Origin: an uncultured Pelagibacteraceae bacterium
GTDB taxonomy: Bacteria > Pseudomonadota > Alphaproteobacteria > Pelagibacterales > Pelagibacteraceae
Assembly: GCA_902579105.1 (NCBI GenBank)
Contig: CACHFM010000003.1
Coordinates: 21,622 to 85,621, forward strand
DNA: 64,000 bases
Direction of reading: 5' to 3'
In this document: piece by piece, positions 19,127 to 29,465 of the stretch
How the letters are laid out: the number at the start of each line of letters is the position of its first letter
Position numbering within the stretch: position 1 is the first letter of the stretch
Position numbers and translations under genes: made by a program
The notes under the pieces: model-generated
Database searches by the model: none
What the model was told of the DNA's origin: nothing
The model's input: only the letters and a program-made list of their open reading frames with translations

Positions 19127-20212
19127 ATGTCAAAAAATAATGAATTTGTTAAATTTGATAAAGTAGACAAAAGTTATGATGGAAAACTTTTAGTAGTTAA
19201 GGATCTAAATCTAGACATAGCAGAAGGGGAGTTCATAACTATGCTTGGACCTTCTGGTTCAGGAAAAACTACTTGCTTAATGATGTTAGCAGGTTTTGAA
19301 ACTCCAACTAATGGAGAAATTTATTTAGATGGAAATCCAATATCAAATATTCCTCCTCATAAAAGAGGTATTGGTATGGTCTTTCAAAATTATGCTTTAT
19401 TTCCTCATATGACTGTTTATGAGAACTTAGCATTTCCTTTGAAAGTAAGAAAAATGTTAAAAGACGAAATTGATAAAAAAGTTGATAAAGCTTTATCGAT
19501 GGTTTCTTTGACAGGGTTTGAAAATAGAATGCCAGGACAACTATCAGGAGGACAACAACAAAGAGTAGCTGTTGCAAGAGCATTAGTTTTTGATCCAGCA
19601 GTAGTTTTAATGGACGAACCTCTTGGAGCATTAGATAAAAATTTAAGAGAAAGTATGCAATATGAAATTAAACACATTCATGAAAGTATTGGTGTTACAG
19701 TAGTTTATGTAACTCATGATCAAAGTGAAGCTTTAACAATGTCAAACCGTATCGCAGTATTTAATGATGGAAAAGTTCAACAACTTTCCAGTCCTGACAA
19801 ATTATACGAAGAGCCAGTAAACTCTTTTGTTGCAGAATTTATTGGAGAAAATAATAGATTTGATGGTGAAGTATTAGATATATCCAATGGAGTTTGTAAA
19901 GTTAAAATAGGAGCAGGAGAAATATTAGCAAATCCAATTTCTGTTAAATCTAAGGGAGAAAAAACAACTGTTTCAATTAGACCTGAAAGAGCTTTGATAA
20001 ATCCAAAAGATAAAATGGATAATAGTCATAAAGGAAAAATTGAAGAAGTAATTTACCACGGAGACCATACTAGGGTTAGAATTAATTTACTAAATAATTC
20101 TGAATTTATTTTAAAAGTCCCTAATAGTTCTCAAAATTTAGATATAAAGCTTGGAAATGAAATCGACATAGGTTGGAACAGTGTAGATGCCAGAGCTTTA
20201 GACCCAAAATAA
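19127..20212 (+). CDS. potA: PotA-family ABC ATP-binding protein
   Basis: GPSGSGKT, LSGGQQQRVA, MDEPLGALD, TOBE tail. Confidence 0.9.
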   Translation: MSKNNEFVKFDKVDKSYDGKLLVVKDLNLDIAEGEFITMLGPSGSGKTTCLMMLAGFETPTNGEIYLDGNPISNIPPHKRGIGMVFQNYALFPHMTVYENLAFPLKVRKMLKDEIDKKVDKALSMVSLTGFENRMPGQLSGGQQQRVAVARALVFDPAVVLMDEPLGALDKNLRESMQYEIKHIHESIGVTVVYVTHDQSEALTMSNRIAVFNDGKVQQLSSPDKLYEEPVNSFVAEFIGENNRFDGEVLDISNGVCKVKIGAGEILANPISVKSKGEKTTVSIRPERALINPKDKMDNSHKGKIEEVIYHGDHTRVRINLLNNSEFILKVPNSSQNLDIKLGNEIDIGWNSVDARALDPK

Positions 20213-20245
20213 CTATTAATTATTATATTTCCTAAAAAACAGTAG

Positions 20246-20274
20246 TTGACTCTCATATCCTATGTTGCTGTAAT
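20246..20274 (+). promoter_or_regulatory. Sigma70-type promoter for the Pot-family binding protein gene
   Basis: TTGACT (20246-20251), 17 bp spacer, TGTAAT (20269-20274); GGAGG RBS before ATG at 20311. Confidence 0.7.
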
Positions 20275-20310
20275 CATTTTTTTATAAAAAAACGTTTAAA
20301 CGGAGGATAA

Positions 20311-21426
20311 ATGAATAAATTAAGTAAATTATTACTTACATTAACTTTTGCTCTTTCAATAACTTCATCAGCATTTGCAGTTACTGTTGCATCTTGGGGT
20401 GGAGCTTACACAGAGTCGCAGAAGTTAGGTTATGGTGATCCTACTGCTAAAAAACTTGGTATAGAAATTAACTGGGTTGATTATTCAGGAGGTTTATCAG
20501 AAATTAAAGCACAAAAAGAAGCAGGTGCTATCAACTGGGACATCATGGATGTATTCGCAATGGATACGATCACAGGATGTGACGAAGGTATATTTGTTGA
20601 ATTTGATTTTGACAAAGACTTTCCAGCAGCTCCAGACGGAACACCAGCTAGCGAAGATTTCTTTACTAGCATGCCTTCTAAATGTGCTGTAGGAAACATT
20701 TTGTATTCTTGGAATTACGCTTACAACAGTGAAAATGTTAGTGGTACTCCAAAGACTATAAAAGATTTCTTTAACACTAAAAAATTTCCTGGAAAAAGAG
20801 CTATTTACAAAAGTGCTTTAACTAATTTGGAAATTGCTTTAGCAGCTGACGGTGTAAAAATGGGTAAAGGTGGAGAATTAATCTACAGAAAACTTGAAGC
20901 CGATGGTGGAGTTGATAGAGCTATTGCTAAAATCAAAGCTCTTTGTTCAGATCCAAATGGCGGATGTGTATTCTGGTCTGCAGGTGCTCAACCACCAGAA
21001 TTGTTAATGAGTGGTGAAGTTGTAATGGCAACTGGATGGAATGGAAGATTCTTTAATGCTACAATTGGTGAAGGTGCTCCAATCGTTCAAGTTTGGGACG
21101 GACAAGGTCTTGACTATGAATATTTTGCACTTGTTAAAGGTGGTCCAGATGAAGCGAATGCTAAAAAAGCTCTTGCTATGATGACTAATACAGAAATGTT
21201 AGCAGGAAGTGCTAAATATATAGCATACGCACCTTGGAGAAAATCTTCAATTGCAGTTATGGAAGCTGGAGAACCTTGGTATAAAGATGGTAAGACTAAC
21301 ATGGTACCACATATGCCAACAGCACCAGCTAACTTAAAAAAATACTTCTTAGTTGACGCAGATTTTTGGGCTGATAACAGCACAGAGATTGGTGAAAAAT
21401 GGGAAGCTATGAAAGCAGGACTATAA
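20311..21426 (+). CDS. potD: PotD/PotF-family ABC substrate-binding protein, probably an osmolyte binder
   Basis: Signal peptide; SWGGAYTESQ, WNGRFF, AKYIAY; closely resembles, from memory, Pelagibacter SAR11_1336. Confidence 0.85.
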   Translation: MNKLSKLLLTLTFALSITSSAFAVTVASWGGAYTESQKLGYGDPTAKKLGIEINWVDYSGGLSEIKAQKEAGAINWDIMDVFAMDTITGCDEGIFVEFDFDKDFPAAPDGTPASEDFFTSMPSKCAVGNILYSWNYAYNSENVSGTPKTIKDFFNTKKFPGKRAIYKSALTNLEIALAADGVKMGKGGELIYRKLEADGGVDRAIAKIKALCSDPNGGCVFWSAGAQPPELLMSGEVVMATGWNGRFFNATIGEGAPIVQVWDGQGLDYEYFALVKGGPDEANAKKALAMMTNTEMLAGSAKYIAYAPWRKSSIAVMEAGEPWYKDGKTNMVPHMPTAPANLKKYFLVDADFWADNSTEIGEKWEAMKAGL

Positions 21427-21463
21427 TTTAAGTTTTAAAGACTAAAATTATATAATATATTTA

Positions 21464-21494
21464 GGGCGGTTATTTATTAACCGCCCTTTTTTTT
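21464..21494 (+). terminator. Intrinsic terminator/attenuator between binding protein and permease genes
   Basis: GGGCGGTTA-tttat-TAACCGCCC perfect stem followed by T8, ending directly at the permease ATG. Confidence 0.88.
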
Positions 21495-22748
21495 ATGAGC
21501 AGTGAAACACAAAAAATTTTAACAACAGACGGTATTCCTCTTGAGGAAAGTTTAAAAAAAGCAGAAAAGAAAAATAAAATAAAAGCCTTTTTACTTGTAG
21601 CTCCGTTGTTACTTTATTTATTAATTACTTATATTTTTCCAATAGGAGATATGTTTTTAAGAAGTATAGACGACAAGATGGTTACAACAATGCTTCCTAA
21701 AACATTTAAAGCAATGGAAAAATGGGATGGAAAGGAACTTCCAGAAGAAGAGGTTTTTGAAGCATTTTATTTAGATTATAGAATATTAGTAAAAGAAAAA
21801 AGTTTTGGAAAATTAGCAACTCAACTTAATTATGAAAAAAATGGTTTTAAAAGTATTTTAAAAAAATTAGCTAGAAAGCAAAAAAAATTCGAAGAAGGTA
21901 ATTACAAAGAACAAATTATGAAAGTCCATAAGAGATGGGCTAATGTTGAGTATTGGAGAGCGATTAAAAGGCGTGCACCTGAATATACTTACTCAAAGTA
22001 TTTAAAAGGTGTTGATATGTATGAAAATGAAGAAGGAAAAATAGTACAAGTAGAAGAATCTAGAAGAGTGCATAAAAAATTATGGTTAAGAACATTAGAA
22101 ATTGCATTTTTTGTAACTCTCCTTTGTTTTCTTATGGCTTATCCAATAGCTCATTTATTAGCAACATTACCAATGAAATATAGTAATTTGCTTATGATTT
22201 GTGTTCTTCTTCCATTTTGGACTTCATTATTAGTGAGAACAGCAAGTTGGATGATACTTTTACAACAACAAGGTATTGTCAATGATTTTTTTGTTTGGAT
22301 TGGATTGGTGGCTGACGATAATAGACCAGAAATGATGTACAACAAAACAGGTACCTATGTTGCAATGACTCAAATTCTTTTACCTTTTATGGTGCTTCCG
22401 CTTTATAGCGTTATGAAAACTATATCTCCAAGTTTAATGAGAGCAGGAAAATCTCTTGGTGGAACACCATTTGTTGCTTTTTGGAAAGTATATTTCCCGT
22501 TAACTATACCTGGAATTGGAGCAGGATGTTTGCTAGTTTTTATTCTTGCGATCGGTTATTACATAACTCCTGCATTGGTTGGAGGTGCTTCGGGAACACT
22601 TATAAGTAACCAAATAGCATTTCATATGAAGAGCACTTTAGATTGGAGTTTTGCATCAGCCATGGGTTTAATGCTTTTGGTTGGAGTATTAGCAATCTAT
22701 TGGGTTTATAATAAACTTGTTGGAATTGATAACATTAAATTAGGATAA
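21495..22748 (+). CDS. potB: PotB-family ABC permease with large periplasmic loop
   Basis: LLPFWTSLLVRT, LPFMVLPLY, YYITPALVGG. Confidence 0.9.
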   Translation: MSSETQKILTTDGIPLEESLKKAEKKNKIKAFLLVAPLLLYLLITYIFPIGDMFLRSIDDKMVTTMLPKTFKAMEKWDGKELPEEEVFEAFYLDYRILVKEKSFGKLATQLNYEKNGFKSILKKLARKQKKFEEGNYKEQIMKVHKRWANVEYWRAIKRRAPEYTYSKYLKGVDMYENEEGKIVQVEESRRVHKKLWLRTLEIAFFVTLLCFLMAYPIAHLLATLPMKYSNLLMICVLLPFWTSLLVRTASWMILLQQQGIVNDFFVWIGLVADDNRPEMMYNKTGTYVAMTQILLPFMVLPLYSVMKTISPSLMRAGKSLGGTPFVAFWKVYFPLTIPGIGAGCLLVFILAIGYYITPALVGGASGTLISNQIAFHMKSTLDWSFASAMGLMLLVGVLAIYWVYNKLVGIDNIKLG

Positions 22749-22750
22749 GT

Positions 22751-23605
22751 ATGGCTTTACCAAAATATACAGAAACACAATATAGAATTTGGCACTACTT
22801 TTATTTATTTATTTGTACTTGTGTATTTATTTTTTTGATAGCACCATTATTTGTAATTTTTCCTTTATCTTTTAATGCTGAAGAGTTTTTAGTTTTTTCA
22901 GATGGAATGAAGAGACTTGATCCTGATGCATTCTCCTTGAGATGGTACCATGATATGATTTATGGTACTAAAAATCCTTGGGGGCTTGCAGCAAAAAATA
23001 GTTTTATCATTGCAATTTTTGCAACTTTAGGATCTGTTTTACTTGGAACTGTTGCTGCATTAGGTTTAAGTAGTAGACATATGCCATATAAAGCTTTGAT
23101 TATGGCAATCTTAATTTCTCCAATGATTGTTCCTCTTATTATTTCTGGTGTTGCTATCTTTTTCTTTATAGCAAAAGTTGGGCTAGCAGGAACTCACCTT
23201 GGAATTATTTTATCACATATAATACTTGGTACGCCATTTGTAGTTATTACTGTAACTGCAACTCTTTCAGGTTTTGACCATAGTGTAACAAGAGCTGCAT
23301 CAAGTCTAGGTAGTGATCCAGTAAATACATTTATGAAAATAACATTACCTTTAATATTGCCAGGCGTTATATCAGGTGGTTTGTTTGCATTTGTTACATC
23401 TTTTGATGAAGTTGTGGTTGTTTTATTTTTAGCAGGGCTAGAAAACACAACTATACCAATACAAATGTGGACTGGATTAAGAGAACAATTGAGTCCAACT
23501 ATTTTAGCTGTAGCCACATGTTTAATTGTTCTTTCAGTATTGATACTTGTAACTGCAGAACTTCTAAGAAGAAGATCTGAAAGAATTAGAGGAATAGCTA
23601 GATAA
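22751..23605 (+). CDS. potC: PotC-family ABC permease
   Basis: FSLRWY, SPMIVP, FVTSFDEVVV. Confidence 0.9.
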   Translation: MALPKYTETQYRIWHYFYLFICTCVFIFLIAPLFVIFPLSFNAEEFLVFSDGMKRLDPDAFSLRWYHDMIYGTKNPWGLAAKNSFIIAIFATLGSVLLGTVAALGLSSRHMPYKALIMAILISPMIVPLIISGVAIFFFIAKVGLAGTHLGIILSHIILGTPFVVITVTATLSGFDHSVTRAASSLGSDPVNTFMKITLPLILPGVISGGLFAFVTSFDEVVVVLFLAGLENTTIPIQMWTGLREQLSPTILAVATCLIVLSVLILVTAELLRRRSERIRGIAR

Positions 23606-23612
23606 TTTTAAT

Positions 23613-24734
23613 TTAAAGAGACTCTATAATCGTTGCAATACCCATACCGTAGCCAATACACTGTGTTGCTAAAGCATATTTCTTATTTTCTCTTACTAAT
23701 AATTCAGCTGCTTTACCAGTAATCCTTGCGCCAGTTGCTCCAAGAGGGTGTCCCAAAGATATTGCTCCACCATCTAAATTTACTTTTTTTATATCCATTT
23801 CTAAATCCTTGATGCAAGCTAGAGATTGCGATGCAAATGCTTCGTTAATTTCTATAATATCAATATCTTTAATTGATAGGTTTGCTCGTTTTAGTGCTTT
23901 TTTTGATGCTCCAATAGGTCCTAAACCCATATAATCTGGATCACATCCTTCAACTGCAGTAGAAATAATTCTTCCCAAGATTTCTAATTTGTTATCTTTA
24001 GCATACTGTTCTTCACATACCAAAGTAGTAGCTGCTCCGTCAGTTAAAGGTGAAGACGTAGCTGCAGTAACAGTTCCATTTTTATCAAAAATAACTTTTA
24101 AGCTATCTAAAATTTCTTGATTAGAGTTAAATCGAATACCACCATCTTTAATGCAGTTATTTATCTTAGTAATTTCTTTTTGGAATTTTCCTTTAGATTG
24201 TGCCTCATATGCTTTGTTATGACTTGAAATTGCAAATTCTTGCTGAGCTCTTCTATCAATCGAATATTTTTTAGCAACATTTTCTGCTGTTGTGCCCATT
24301 GTAAAATATAGATGTGGATTTTCTATATTTGATTTAGGATATGGTAAAGGATTAAAGCCAGCTGTTACTCTACTCATACTTTCAACCCCTCCACAGATAA
24401 AAGCTTTTCCTGCACCCATTGAAATCTTTCCAGCAGCGATGTGTATTGCTTCCATTGATGATCCGCACCATCTATTAATTGTAGTTCCTGCAGTTTTAAT
24501 ATTCATATTACTCAAAAATGTAACAATTTTGCCTATATTAAAACCTTGTTCTCCTTCAGGAAAAGCACACCCAATAATAACGTCCTCTATATCATCTTTA
24601 TTAATTTTTGTTTTTGAAATTAGATTTTTAATTACTTCCGATAATAAGTCGTCAGGTTTAACATTAATTAATTCTCCTTTTTTAGCGATAGTAAATGGAG
24701 ATCTAGAGTAACCTGCAATAACTGTTTTAAACAT
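23613..24734 (-). CDS. fadA: Thiolase (acetyl-CoA C-acyltransferase)
   Basis: NRWCGSS (catalytic Cys), NEAFA, GHPLGATG, CIGYGMG. Confidence 0.93.
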   Translation of the reverse strand: MFKTVIAGYSRSPFTIAKKGELINVKPDDLLSEVIKNLISKTKINKDDIEDVIIGCAFPEGEQGFNIGKIVTFLSNMNIKTAGTTINRWCGSSMEAIHIAAGKISMGAGKAFICGGVESMSRVTAGFNPLPYPKSNIENPHLYFTMGTTAENVAKKYSIDRRAQQEFAISSHNKAYEAQSKGKFQKEITKINNCIKDGGIRFNSNQEILDSLKVIFDKNGTVTAATSSPLTDGAATTLVCEEQYAKDNKLEILGRIISTAVEGCDPDYMGLGPIGASKKALKRANLSIKDIDIIEINEAFASQSLACIKDLEMDIKKVNLDGGAISLGHPLGATGARITGKAAELLVRENKKYALATQCIGYGMGIATIIESL

Positions 24735-24833
24735 ATTTTTAGTTGGAATTAATATATATATTTATTTAATTATTGGTAGAGGGATTATAATAGCAATTGT
24801 CTTTAATTTATTTTGTTATAGTGTTCCCAACTT

Positions 24834-27056
24834 ATGGATATCAAAAAAGTTGTAGTAATTGGATCAGGCACAATGGGAAGCGGAATAGCAGCTCACTTAT
24901 GCAATGCAAATATTCCAGTTACTCTATTGGATTTAACAACAGAAATTTCTGAAAAGGCAAGGGATCGAATTTTTAAGTCAAAACCACCACTTTTATTAGA
25001 TAAATCAAAGGCTGAAAATATAAAAGTAGGCAATATTAATGATAATTTTGATGTTGTTAAAGATGCTGATTGGATAGTTGAAGCTGTTGTTGAAAGAATT
25101 GATATTAAGCATTCAATTTATGAAAAAATTTTTCAAAATAGAAAATCTGGAGCCATAGTTTCCTCTAATACATCTTCAATTCCAATAAAAATATTGTCAG
25201 AAAAATTAACATCAGATGAAAAAAAAGATTTCTGTATTACACATTTTTTTAATCCAGTTAGATATATGGGTTTATTAGAGATAGTTAAAAATGAAAATAA
25301 TGATTTAAATAAGATAAATTCTTTAAAAAAATTTTGTGAAATTGAATTAGGCAAAGGAGCAATAGTCTGTAACGATACCCCAGGATTTTTAGGAAATAGG
25401 ATAGGTGTTTTTGCAATGCAAGTCGCTATGACAGAAGCATTTAAAAGTAATCTTACTATTGAAGAGGCTGATGCAACTTTTGGAAGACCAATGGGCATAC
25501 CTAAAACAGGAGTATTTGGACTTTATGATTTGATTGGAATTGATTTAATGGCCGATGTTTTAAAAAGTTTTATAAAAGAATTATCAGAAAATGATCCTTT
25601 TCAGGAAGTTGCAAGAGAGATTCCTTTGGTAAAGAAATTAATTGAAAATGGTTATACGGGTAGAAAAGGTAAAGGAGGTTTTTATAGAGTTAATAAAACC
25701 GGAGCTACAAAAGTTATTGAAGCAATTAATCTTGAAACAGGAGAATATTCGCCTAGTAAAAAAATAAATCTTCAATCAGATAAAGTCGATCTTAAAATTT
25801 TAATTTCAAGAGATGATAAGTATGGACAATATGCTTGGTCTGTTATTTCCAAAATTATAAAATATGCATCTTCTTTAGTACCTTCTATTACAAAGGATTT
25901 TAATGATATTGATGAAGCTATGCGTTTAGGTTTTAACTGGGCCAAAGGTCCTTTTGAAATGTTAGAAGAAATTGGTGTTAAAAATTTCTTTAATAAAATT
26001 GATGATTTTAAAGGAAATATTTTTTTAGAAAATTTATCTAAAAGTCAAAATCAAGATTTTTATGGTTCAAGACAATTATATACAGAAATTGAAACTTTAG
26101 GAAAAGTTAAAAAGAAAGCTTTGAGCCTAGATGGCAATAACTCGGCACAAATATATAGATTTAAAGATTATAATATTGTTGAGTTTACCACAAAAGCTAA
26201 TGCTCTTGATTATGATTCCATGGATGCTTTAAAAAAAGCCACTGACAAACCTTTAATAATTATTAATGAAAGTATGCAATTTTCTGCTGGAGTTAATTTA
26301 AATTATACTATGGATTTTGCAGACAAGAATGATTTTAAATCTATAGAAAAATTTATTAAATATTTTCAAGAAACCTGTAAACATCTGAAATATTCAGACA
26401 ATCCAGTTATTTCTGCACCTTCAGGACTAACACTTGGTGGTGGCTTTGAAGTTATGGTGCAAAGCAACTTCGTAGCTTCACATACTAATATTGTGGTTGG
26501 TCTAGTTGAAACTATTGTAGGATTAATACCAGCGGGTGGTGGTTGTAAAGAAATGTTAGCAAGGTGGCTAGACACTGATCAAGCAAAAAAAGACCCAAAA
26601 TATGCATCTTTAAAAGTTTTTGATATTATTGGCTATGGAAGAACCGCAACATCACCAGTAGAAGCAGAACCAATGAAGTATTTAAAACCTGAAGATAAAA
26701 AAATAATGAATAGAAATAGTTTGTTGGAAGTATCAATAAAAATTTTGAATAATAATAAAGATTTTAAAGCTCCATTAGAGTCAAAATTTAATCTTCCAGG
26801 AAAAATAGTTCTAGATGATATGAATAAAATTTTAGAAAAGCTTTATAATGATAAGGTTATACTTGATCATGGGTTGCTTGTTGCTCAAGAGTTAGCTCAT
26901 GTTTTAAGTGGAGGCGACACTACATCTGATAAAACTTTGTCAGAAGATGATTTATTTAAATTAGAATTAGAAGCTTTTATGAAATTAATTGAGACAAAAA
27001 AAACTCAAGAAAGAATTAAGCATACATTAGCAACTGGGAAGCCATTAGTTAATTAA
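24834..27056 (+). CDS. 3-hydroxyacyl-CoA dehydrogenase/enoyl-CoA hydratase (dehydrogenase first, FadN-type architecture)
   Basis: GSGTMGSG, EAVVE, SNTSS, HFFNP, then crotonase GGGFE and VGLIPAGGG. Confidence 0.92.
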   Translation: MDIKKVVVIGSGTMGSGIAAHLCNANIPVTLLDLTTEISEKARDRIFKSKPPLLLDKSKAENIKVGNINDNFDVVKDADWIVEAVVERIDIKHSIYEKIFQNRKSGAIVSSNTSSIPIKILSEKLTSDEKKDFCITHFFNPVRYMGLLEIVKNENNDLNKINSLKKFCEIELGKGAIVCNDTPGFLGNRIGVFAMQVAMTEAFKSNLTIEEADATFGRPMGIPKTGVFGLYDLIGIDLMADVLKSFIKELSENDPFQEVAREIPLVKKLIENGYTGRKGKGGFYRVNKTGATKVIEAINLETGEYSPSKKINLQSDKVDLKILISRDDKYGQYAWSVISKIIKYASSLVPSITKDFNDIDEAMRLGFNWAKGPFEMLEEIGVKNFFNKIDDFKGNIFLENLSKSQNQDFYGSRQLYTEIETLGKVKKKALSLDGNNSAQIYRFKDYNIVEFTTKANALDYDSMDALKKATDKPLIIINESMQFSAGVNLNYTMDFADKNDFKSIEKFIKYFQETCKHLKYSDNPVISAPSGLTLGGGFEVMVQSNFVASHTNIVVGLVETIVGLIPAGGGCKEMLARWLDTDQAKKDPKYASLKVFDIIGYGRTATSPVEAEPMKYLKPEDKKIMNRNSLLEVSIKILNNNKDFKAPLESKFNLPGKIVLDDMNKILEKLYNDKVILDHGLLVAQELAHVLSGGDTTSDKTLSEDDLFKLELEAFMKLIETKKTQERIKHTLATGKPLVN

Positions 27057-27059
27057 AGT

Positions 27060-27704
27060 TTATTTATACATTCTAATTGAATTAATAAAATCAGGTCTAA
27101 GAACATATTCAGTTTTATGAGAATATTTAACTTTTTCTAAAATTTTAATTCCATAAATAACTTTTCCAATAGGAGTATATTCACCTTCAAACAAAGGCTC
27201 GTCATCAAGAATGATAAAGAATTGACTATCCTCAGTATCATATTTTAAAGATCTTGCTAAACCAACGCTTCCTTTAATAAAGTTAAATTCTGCATCTATT
27301 TCTGATTTAATTGTTCCAAGTCCTGATTTTCCAGTACCTATTTTTCCATAATCTAATTGATTTTTTTTGCCAAACTCAATATCTCCACCTTGTACTAGTT
27401 TGTCTTTAATTACTCTATGAAATGCTACATCATCGTATGCACTTAAATTTACTAATTTTTTAAACCTTATAACTGCATTAGGTGATATTTCAGGATACAG
27501 TTCAATAATAACATTTCCACAATCTGTATTTAATACAGCAATATTTTCTGGCTTATCAAATTTAATTTTCTGAGGATCAAAATTTTTTACGAATAAACAT
27601 TTATTTTTTAAAAAAATTGTAAAACTTAATGCAAAAGTTCCTAATAAAATAAGAAATACAAGTATTAATTTTTCAAATAATGTAGCTTTTATTTTTTTTA
27701 TCAT
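27060..27704 (-). CDS. Cyclophilin-type peptidyl-prolyl isomerase with N-terminal membrane anchor
   Basis: YDDVAFHRVIKDKLVQGGD, VGLARS, SQFFI, PIGKVIYG. Confidence 0.87.
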   Translation of the reverse strand: MIKKIKATLFEKLILVFLILLGTFALSFTIFLKNKCLFVKNFDPQKIKFDKPENIAVLNTDCGNVIIELYPEISPNAVIRFKKLVNLSAYDDVAFHRVIKDKLVQGGDIEFGKKNQLDYGKIGTGKSGLGTIKSEIDAEFNFIKGSVGLARSLKYDTEDSQFFIILDDEPLFEGEYTPIGKVIYGIKILEKVKYSHKTEYVLRPDFINSIRMYK

Positions 27705-27706
27705 TA

Positions 27707-28429
27707 TTAAAACAAAAAAGTATTATCTATTTCATTTAATTTATTTTTTATAAAATTTACCTTTTTGTTCAGGGTTTCATCATTTGTATTTTTATATTTA
27801 TTTATTATTAAATGAGAAAATACCTCAGCCATATCCTCTGAAGGAGTTGTTTTAGAATATTCTGTAAAAAAACCTTTTGTATTTTTATAAGTTTCTAGAC
27901 CTAATTTTTTAGTACATGTTGAACATTCTGCATAATTAAAATTTTTGTCGTTAAATTTTTTCCATTCATTTTCATCAAATAAATCTTTAAATCCATCATT
28001 AATGATGTGAAATAATTCATGATGGATTACTCTTTCAAAATATTTTTCATTAAATTTTAGATCAAGAATTAACGTTTTCATTAAATGATCTGGAATACCC
28101 GCAGTATTAATTCCTGAAATTGATAAATTTTCACACATAACGATGTATTTAAGGTTAATTTTTTTTAAAAATTTTTTTGAATATTTGTTCAAATTTTCAG
28201 CAATTATCTTATATTTTTTGTCATATATCTGCTTACTAGAATTCATACAAACAATATTTTTTTGTACTCCAAGCATAAAAGGTTTTTTAGCATAAAAATA
28301 TTTAAGATTATTTGGTGATTTTAATTCATAAACTTCCAAATTTGGTATCTTAATAAGATTATAAATATTATTTGAGTTTGCAGGTGATATTAAAATAAAA
28401 AATATCAAAATAAGCTTAAAAATCTTCAT
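27707..28429 (-). CDS. Secreted putative zinc metallopeptidase (zincin HExxH)
   Basis: Signal peptide; VIHHELFH and EYSKTTPSEDMAEVF. Confidence 0.7.
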   Translation of the reverse strand: MKIFKLILIFFILISPANSNNIYNLIKIPNLEVYELKSPNNLKYFYAKKPFMLGVQKNIVCMNSSKQIYDKKYKIIAENLNKYSKKFLKKINLKYIVMCENLSISGINTAGIPDHLMKTLILDLKFNEKYFERVIHHELFHIINDGFKDLFDENEWKKFNDKNFNYAECSTCTKKLGLETYKNTKGFFTEYSKTTPSEDMAEVFSHLIINKYKNTNDETLNKKVNFIKNKLNEIDNTFLF

Positions 28430-28485
28430 AATAATAATTTAGATGATATTCCATTTAAAAAGAATGTGATACATTTTGTTTATAA

Positions 28486-29445
28486 ATGAAAAAAGAACGC
28501 AACAAAAATCCTATTCAACCTGTTAGCGGAACTAAAGTACCAAGATTTGCAGGACCATCTACATTTGCTAGATTGCCCGAACTTAGAGATGTTAAAAGTT
28601 GTGATGTAGCAATAGTTGGTATCCCATTTGATGCTGGGACAAGTTACAGACCTGGTGCAAGATTTGGACCTCAAAGTATTAGACAAGCTTCTAGACATTT
28701 AAGAACTAATTACCACCCAAGTTATGATGTCGAGCCTTTTAAAGTTCAGCAAGTTGCTGATGCTGGTGATATTGCTTGTAATCCATTTAGTATAGATGAA
28801 GCAATAAAACAAATTGAAGTTGGAGCAACTGATTTATTAAATAAAGTTGGAGGAATAATAAGTTTAGGAGGAGATCATACGATTGCTGTACCATTGTTAA
28901 GAGCAATTAATAAAAAAAATAAAGGACCAGTTTCATTAGTTCATTTTGATGCTCATCTAGATACTTGGGATACTTATTTTGGAGCCCCTTACACACATGG
29001 CACTCCTTTCAGAAGGGCTAGAGAAGAAGGTTTATTTTTAGATGATGCATCTATGCATGTAGGAATAAGAGGACCATTATATAGCAGGGACGATATAAAA
29101 AATGATGAAAGTTTTGGATTTAAAATTATACATTGTGATGAGTTTCAAACAGAAGGTACAGACAAAATAGCAGAACGAATAAGAAAAAGAGTAGGAGACA
29201 ATCCGTTATACTTGTCAATTGATATTGATGTTTTAGATCCAGCTTTCGCTCCAGGAACTGGAACACCAGAAATAGCAGGTATGAGTACAAGAGAAATGGT
29301 AAATGTAATTAGAGGTTTGTCTGGATTAAATTTAATTTCAGCCGATGTAGTTGAAGTAGCGCCTGCATATGATCATGCTGAAGTTACTTCTCTTGCAGCC
29401 GCAACAATAGTTTACGAATTAACTAATTTATTTGCAAAATCATAA
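28486..29445 (+). CDS. speB: Agmatinase (ureohydrolase family)
   Basis: GARFGP, GGDHT, HFDAHLD, HGTPF, SIDIDVLDPAFAPGTGTP. Confidence 0.9.
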   Translation: MKKERNKNPIQPVSGTKVPRFAGPSTFARLPELRDVKSCDVAIVGIPFDAGTSYRPGARFGPQSIRQASRHLRTNYHPSYDVEPFKVQQVADAGDIACNPFSIDEAIKQIEVGATDLLNKVGGIISLGGDHTIAVPLLRAINKKNKGPVSLVHFDAHLDTWDTYFGAPYTHGTPFRRAREEGLFLDDASMHVGIRGPLYSRDDIKNDESFGFKIIHCDEFQTEGTDKIAERIRKRVGDNPLYLSIDIDVLDPAFAPGTGTPEIAGMSTREMVNVIRGLSGLNLISADVVEVAPAYDHAEVTSLAAATIVYELTNLFAKS

Positions 29446-29465
29446 AGAATAGATATTTTTCTAAA

